Source of the DNA: Gammaproteobacteria bacterium
Lineage (GTDB): Bacteria; Pseudomonadota; Gammaproteobacteria; CBDBNL01; JAAOII01
Assembly (NCBI GenBank): GCA_965209035.1
Contig: OZ242372.1
Span: forward strand, 448,001-512,000
Direction of reading: 5' to 3'
DNA: 64,000 bases
The position numbers were made by a program, and so were the translations under genes. This document shows, one piece after another, positions 60,401-64,000 of this stretch (the stretch's first letter is position 1; each line of letters begins with the position of its first letter). Under the pieces are notes generated by a model. The model was not told the origin of the DNA, did not search any database, and worked only from the letters and a program-made list of their open reading frames with translations.

Positions 60401-62647
60401 GTCCAAATCAGCTCGCAACAACGCCAACTCGTCCAAATTGTGAACTTCTATGAGACCGTTATTGTCGTCATCCACATCCTCATCTCTATCCCGACAGCCG
60501 TCGTTATCTTTATCTGTCGTCGGACCAGAAGTCCAACCGGTTTCACCGCGCGGACAGAGATCCAAGGGAACTCCGTTGTCCGCAAGATCATTCACCCCGT
60601 CATTGTCATCATCTGTTTCTTCGATAAATTCATCGCGACAACCATCCCTATCGTAATCTACACTGGTATTGGAAGTCCAGCCAGTTTCGCCGCGCGGACA
60701 GCGATCCAAAGGAGTTCCGTTAGCTGCCAGACCATTCACTCCATCATTGTCATCATCCGTTTCTTCGGCAAACCCATCGCGACAACCATCTCTGTCGTAA
60801 TCTACACTGGCATTGGAAGTCCAGCCAGTTTCGCCGCGCGGACAGCGATCCAAAAGAACTCCGTTAGCTGCCAGATCATTCACTCCGTCGTTGTCATCAT
60901 CCGTTTCTTCGGCAAATCCATCGCGACAACCATCTCTGTCGTAATCTACACTGGCATTGGAAGTCCAACCGGTTTCACCGCGCGGACAGATATCCAAGGG
61001 AACCCCGTTGTCCGCAAGATCATTCACCCCGTCGTTGTCATCATCCGTTTCTTCGGCAAATCCATCGCGACAACCATCTCTGTCATAATCCACACTGGCA
61101 TTGGAAGTCCAGCCGGTTTCACCGCGCGGACAGCGATCCAAAAGAACTCCGTTAGTGGCAAGATTATTCACCCCGTCGTTGTCATCATCCGTTTCTTCGG
61201 CAAATCCATCGCGACAACCATCCCTGTCGTAATCCACGCTGGCATTGGAAGTCCAGCCAGTTTCGCCGCGCGGACAGCGATCCAAAAGAACTCCGTTAGT
61301 GGCAAGATTATTCACCCCGTCGTTGTCATCATCCGTTTCTTCGGCAAATCCATCGCGACAACCATCCCTATCGTAATCTACACTGGTATTGGAAGTCCAG
61401 CCAGTTTCGCCGCGCGGACAGCGATCCAAAAGAACTCCGTTAGTGGCAAGATTATTCATCCCGTCATTGTCATCATCTATTTCTTCGGCAAATCCATCGC
61501 GACAACCATCTCTGTCGTAATCCACACTGGCATTGGAGGTCCAGCCGGTCTCACCGCGCGGGCAACTATCCAACTTGGTCGTTCCGTCTGCTTCAAAATC
61601 ATTTACTCCGTCATTATCATCGTCCGAGTCCTCAATCAAGAAAGATCCGGTGCAGCCCGCCACTAATTTATTCGGCATACCGTCTTTGTCCGTATCCATA
61701 CTCGCACAGGCATCCAGAATAAACGCATCCTTATCATCGCCCACATTGTCATTGTCATCGTCCAGATCCTCGGTACTATCATCGCGGCAGCCGTCGCCGT
61801 CATTGTCCGTCACCGAACCGGATGTCCAGCCGGTCTCACCGCGCGGACAACTATCCAAAGGACTTCCATCATCTGCCAGATCATTCACCCCGTCATTGTC
61901 ATCATCCGTGTCCTCGCCACTGTCCTGACAACCATCGTTGTCATTATCCGTCGTCGCATTGGAAGTCCAGCCGGTCTCGCCGCGCGGACAGCTATCCAGA
62001 TTGGCCGTCCCGTCTGCTTCAAAGTCATTCACTCCGTCATTATCATCGTCCGCATCACAGGCATCACCACCATCGTCCGCGTCATCCGTATTGGTCTGCT
62101 TTGGATTGAAAGCACTCGGACAGTTATCATCTTCAGAGAGACCATCAATATCAGGATCCGCCACCAGAGAGGCAACGATTTCTGCCGGCGTGATCTGTAC
62201 GGAAAATACTGCCGACTCGCGATTCGAGTAAACCACCTCTATTGTGATTTCATATCCGATTGGATCGATAAAACTCCCCGGAATAGAGTATCGCACTCGA
62301 GTGTTGCGCTCAAAACTGAGATCATCTGCCTCTTGCGTAACTAACATCGTCCCTGTCTTGGTCCTATCCCCCAAATCCACCCAAGTAATTCTGAACCCGA
62401 TGATATTCCCCAAAGACGATTCCGGATTCGGGTTTTGCCAACTAACGTTGAGAGATCCCTGACCGGGTATGGCTAAGACACCGGAAACAAAACGAGAGGA
62501 TGGCACACCCGGTCCGTTACCTCCGTTTCCGTTACCACCGTTACCGTCTTCTCCGCCACCGCCACAGGCAGCCAGAGAAAAAATAAAAAATGTGACGCAT
62601 AGATAAAAGATTTTCCGGCCGGTTGCAGTTGAAATAAATTGTTTCAT
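57422..62647 (-). CDS. Giant (~1740 aa) surface lipoprotein: FN3-like, thrombospondin type-3-like Ca-binding repeats, two GLUG beta-helix modules
   Basis: Lipobox LAAC plus Gly/Asn linker; 12 CPRGETGW..D.D.DGC.D..DDDNDG units; two GLIEV...GYEL...VGGLVG modules. ATG at 62647. Confidence 0.85.
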   Translation of the reverse strand: MKQFISTATGRKIFYLCVTFFIFSLAACGGGGEDGNGGNGNGGNGPGVPSSRFVSGVLAIPGQGSLNVSWQNPNPESSLGNIIGFRITWVDLGDRTKTGTMLVTQEADDLSFERNTRVRYSIPGSFIDPIGYEITIEVVYSNRESAVFSVQITPAEIVASLVADPDIDGLSEDDNCPSAFNPKQTNTDDADDGGDACDADDDNDGVNDFEADGTANLDSCPRGETGWTSNATTDNDNDGCQDSGEDTDDDNDGVNDLADDGSPLDSCPRGETGWTSGSVTDNDGDGCRDDSTEDLDDDNDNVGDDKDAFILDACASMDTDKDGMPNKLVAGCTGSFLIEDSDDDNDGVNDFEADGTTKLDSCPRGETGWTSNASVDYDRDGCRDGFAEEIDDDNDGMNNLATNGVLLDRCPRGETGWTSNTSVDYDRDGCRDGFAEETDDDNDGVNNLATNGVLLDRCPRGETGWTSNASVDYDRDGCRDGFAEETDDDNDGVNNLATNGVLLDRCPRGETGWTSNASVDYDRDGCRDGFAEETDDDNDGVNDLADNGVPLDICPRGETGWTSNASVDYDRDGCRDGFAEETDDDNDGVNDLAANGVLLDRCPRGETGWTSNASVDYDRDGCRDGFAEETDDDNDGVNGLAANGTPLDRCPRGETGWTSNTSVDYDRDGCRDEFIEETDDDNDGVNDLADNGVPLDLCPRGETGWTSGPTTDKDNDGCRDRDEDVDDDNNGLIEVHNLDELALLRADLDGDGVDDNATDGLTALGDAGCLPSGCRGYELNRSLNFSDVDSYVGGSENMEAWTTGSGWTPIGSCSTFNLCSSYTGTFEGNNHSIADLLISAGDDVNGVGLFAALAGRIQNLHLLNANITGGGNYVGMLAGYGRGGYFENVSAEEGIVNSSFADNVGGLIGNGARATIRYSRVSSVPVFGGDISVGGLVGHGSAADIRNVGISGVSVFGRDGVGGLVGFGINADIRNVGISGVSVFGRNNVGGLVGFGLITNIRNVGISGVSVFGRNEVGGLIGSGVNADIRNSYTHGGTVSGRSSVGGLVGRGGGATIRYSYSAARNVSGNDRVGGLVSGYQNGTVRYSYWDTQTTGLSVSRGGIGLTTFILQNLTTFTGIYANWGNFWCEPNTGNVTEDIDANGPGGSFIRLWDLGTSSEYPALNCLPISVEQQRQGDDNRVPDGMNACSTGTNVSMDYDRDGCRDEFVEETDDDNDGVNDLADNGVPLDLCPRGETGWISGPMTDYDNDGCQDSGEDSDDDNDGVNDLADNGVPLDLCPRGETGWTSGPTTDKDNDGCRDRDEDVDDDNNGLIEVHNLDELALLRADLDGDGVDDNATDGLTALGNAGCLQSGCRGYELNRSLNFSDAASYAEGSGNMSVWTMGAGWTRIGFCLVTGRDSFECSNPYIGNFDGNNHSIADLFISVGDLHYGVGLFGAVGGSVQNLHLLNAYIHVSGDGSLVGILAGYGDGARFKNVHVKGGNVTSQLVGRVGSLVGYGINAAIWYSSVSDVSVYSSFADVGGLIGWGGDVDIRYSSVTGGSVSGNVAVGGLVGYGPLVDIRHSYVSGGSVIGDFWDGGLIGYGVNAEIRNSYASGGIVSGGGLVGVGDGAAIRNSYVTSGPALGSTLTGGLIGQTDDASTVDVSYWDNQTTGQSSSAGAVGNRGEGRTTMELQNPTTFTGIYAGWGNFWCDPNTGEEVTNTAANGPGGSFVRIWDLGNATQYPALNCVPGGLAAQGRDKQ
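59560..59820 (-). repeat. 84-bp (28-aa) coding repeat x3
   Basis: IRNVGISGVSVFGRxxVGGLxGxG units with an 84-bp period. Confidence 0.85.
60480..61620 (-). repeat. 144-bp (48-aa) coding tandem repeat, ~8 units
   Basis: CCGCGCGGACA recurs every 144 bp (for example near 61266 and 61410). Confidence 0.92.
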
Positions 62648-62856
62648 AATTTGTAATCGGTTGTTTATAAAAAACACATTCAAAAGTTATTACCACCCAA
62701 TGATTTACTGTTTTTTTCTTGCTTTTGGATTTCTGTATTTTCCAACAAGATTTGACTAAAATGTTCTCGGATAAACGAACAACTCTCTTCGTATAAGTGA
62801 TCTATTAGCTTATGCATATCTACAACGATTCTGAGATGATACAAATCGCGTTCTGA

Positions 62857-64000
62857 TTATTCAGAATTTTGATTTTTTAGTGGGCCTCCGTATCCAAAAC
62901 CTTTCTGTTGCAGTACCTTGGGTTTTATCTTCAAATGGCTTGCAATTTTCATTCTTTCCGTTTCTTTCATATGATGATATGTGCAGTAGCGAACTATCTG
63001 ATATTTTGAGATACGCTTTGCTAACTCAGAAAAATTTTGTTTCTGCTCTTCCTTCTCAATTTTTTTAAATTGTATATTTTTTGTATACTGCATGATTATT
63101 CCATGTTTGATAAGAGAATCTGCCGGGGTTCCTTGCTTGTCACAGTTTTTTTCTATGACCCGTATCAGTCTGTCGGAACCCAATGAGTGAATTATTTTTG
63201 TAACAATGCCGTATGTTATTCCAACATTTATATTCCAGAATAGATGTTTTGCCATGTTTTTGATTTGGTCTTCGGAAACTAGACTCTTATCCTTGAACGC
63301 TTTACCTAATCTTTCGGCAATAAGCTCTACTATCATTTCTTGATCGGATTTGGAGGCTATTAAATTTATAAAAGAAGATAAAAACCTTAAATATACTTCT
63401 TTTGCTTGCTGAAATATTTTATCCAGATCCTCTTTTGGCAAAGAACCCGCACAATTCTTAATAATACAACCCATTACCTCTACAGTTCTAATGCTACTTC
63501 TTATTTGACGCACCATTTCATTGTTTTCCTCTTCGGATTCGTTTGTTGCACCTTCATTTTCTTTTTCTGTTTGCCTTATTTTTTTAGTTTTTTCTTCTCT
63601 ATCTTCTTCTTTTAACTGTTCTGCTCTGGCATGTTCCGCAGTTTGATTTGGTTGAGGTAAAGAAGGTTTTCTAACATGTTGCTCTATTTGTTCATCAAAA
63701 AATCCCACTTCCTTTTTATCTAAAGTAGCTTGCTTAAAATCTTTGAATAAAGATTGAGCAACCGATATAATTTCATCAACAATTTTCGGGTCCTTAGAAT
63801 GATGAGACAAAAATATAGCAATATATGCATTTTCGTCCCTGTGCAGACTTTTCATTATCGTGCTTATAGCATCTATAGATGTATTTTTATCCCCCGTATG
63901 TATATGTTCGGCTAAATATTTGGCAACAAAGAAATAATAGATATACGGATACCCAAAATAATAATTACCAAACTTCTCTGATATTATGTCTTCTAATTTA
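62857..64000 (-). CDS. 3' part of a large low-GC protein, probably a STAND-type NTPase (5' end outside the window)
   Basis: The frame is open to the window edge: ...GNYYFGYPYIYYFFVAKYLAEH..., resembling the winged-helix end of STAND/NACHT-like modules, followed by a helical region. No P-loop is visible in the window. Confidence 0.5.
   Translation of the reverse strand, partial: KLEDIISEKFGNYYFGYPYIYYFFVAKYLAEHIHTGDKNTSIDAISTIMKSLHRDENAYIAIFLSHHSKDPKIVDEIISVAQSLFKDFKQATLDKKEVGFFDEQIEQHVRKPSLPQPNQTAEHARAEQLKEEDREEKTKKIRQTEKENEGATNESEEENNEMVRQIRSSIRTVEVMGCIIKNCAGSLPKEDLDKIFQQAKEVYLRFLSSFINLIASKSDQEMIVELIAERLGKAFKDKSLVSEDQIKNMAKHLFWNINVGITYGIVTKIIHSLGSDRLIRVIEKNCDKQGTPADSLIKHGIIMQYTKNIQFKKIEKEEQKQNFSELAKRISKYQIVRYCTYHHMKETERMKIASHLKIKPKVLQQKGFGYGGPLKNQNSE

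Noticed and set aside
58530-60600. Diversity-generating retroelement TR/VR pair
   Set aside because: No reverse transcriptase in the window, both copies are in one reading frame, and the differences are not adenine-specific.
60480-61620. Possible CRISPR array
   Set aside because: The units are 144-bp in-frame coding repeats without unique spacers, and there are no cas genes in the window.
60440-61666. 408-aa plus-strand ORF with repeats
   Set aside because: Antisense shadow of the 144-bp coding repeat in the giant lipoprotein.

Overview
About 64 kb of a gammaproteobacterial chromosome. A host-associated marine symbiont is inferred from fast-evolving core genes, broken synteny, pervasive short tandem duplications and two thrombospondin-3/FN3/GLUG surface lipoproteins. 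Most of the window is housekeeping: pstS, suhB-like, tilS, tctC/tctBA, a free-standing 5S rRNA, tatD, hisB-mlaFEDCB-bolA-murA-hisG, rne-trxA-rho, hemCDXY, uvrB, gor, aapJQMP, rpmH-rnpA-yidD-yidC-mnmE, tRNA-Ser, orn, murU, fpr and pyrE. The accessory parts are as follows. (i) At 9.4-12.75 kb, a membrane coiled-coil gene is tandemly duplicated. Each unit ends in a 46-bp miniature made of IS481-like ends, and a complete IS481-family element (5-bp TSD ATCAT) sits against the second miniature. This is the most intriguing structure in the window. (ii) Two modular Ca-binding repeat lipoproteins, one of about 1740 aa with a duplicated constant/variable module. (iii) A low-GC orphan adenine methyltransferase with a truncated partner, bracketed by a degenerate direct repeat. 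(iv) An MMPL + outer-membrane barrel + LolA-like transport triad. (v) The 3' part of a low-GC, probably STAND-type gene at the right edge. SuhB-like and FadE-like ORFs are full length but lack catalytic motifs. All calls come from reading the sequence; no database searches were run.
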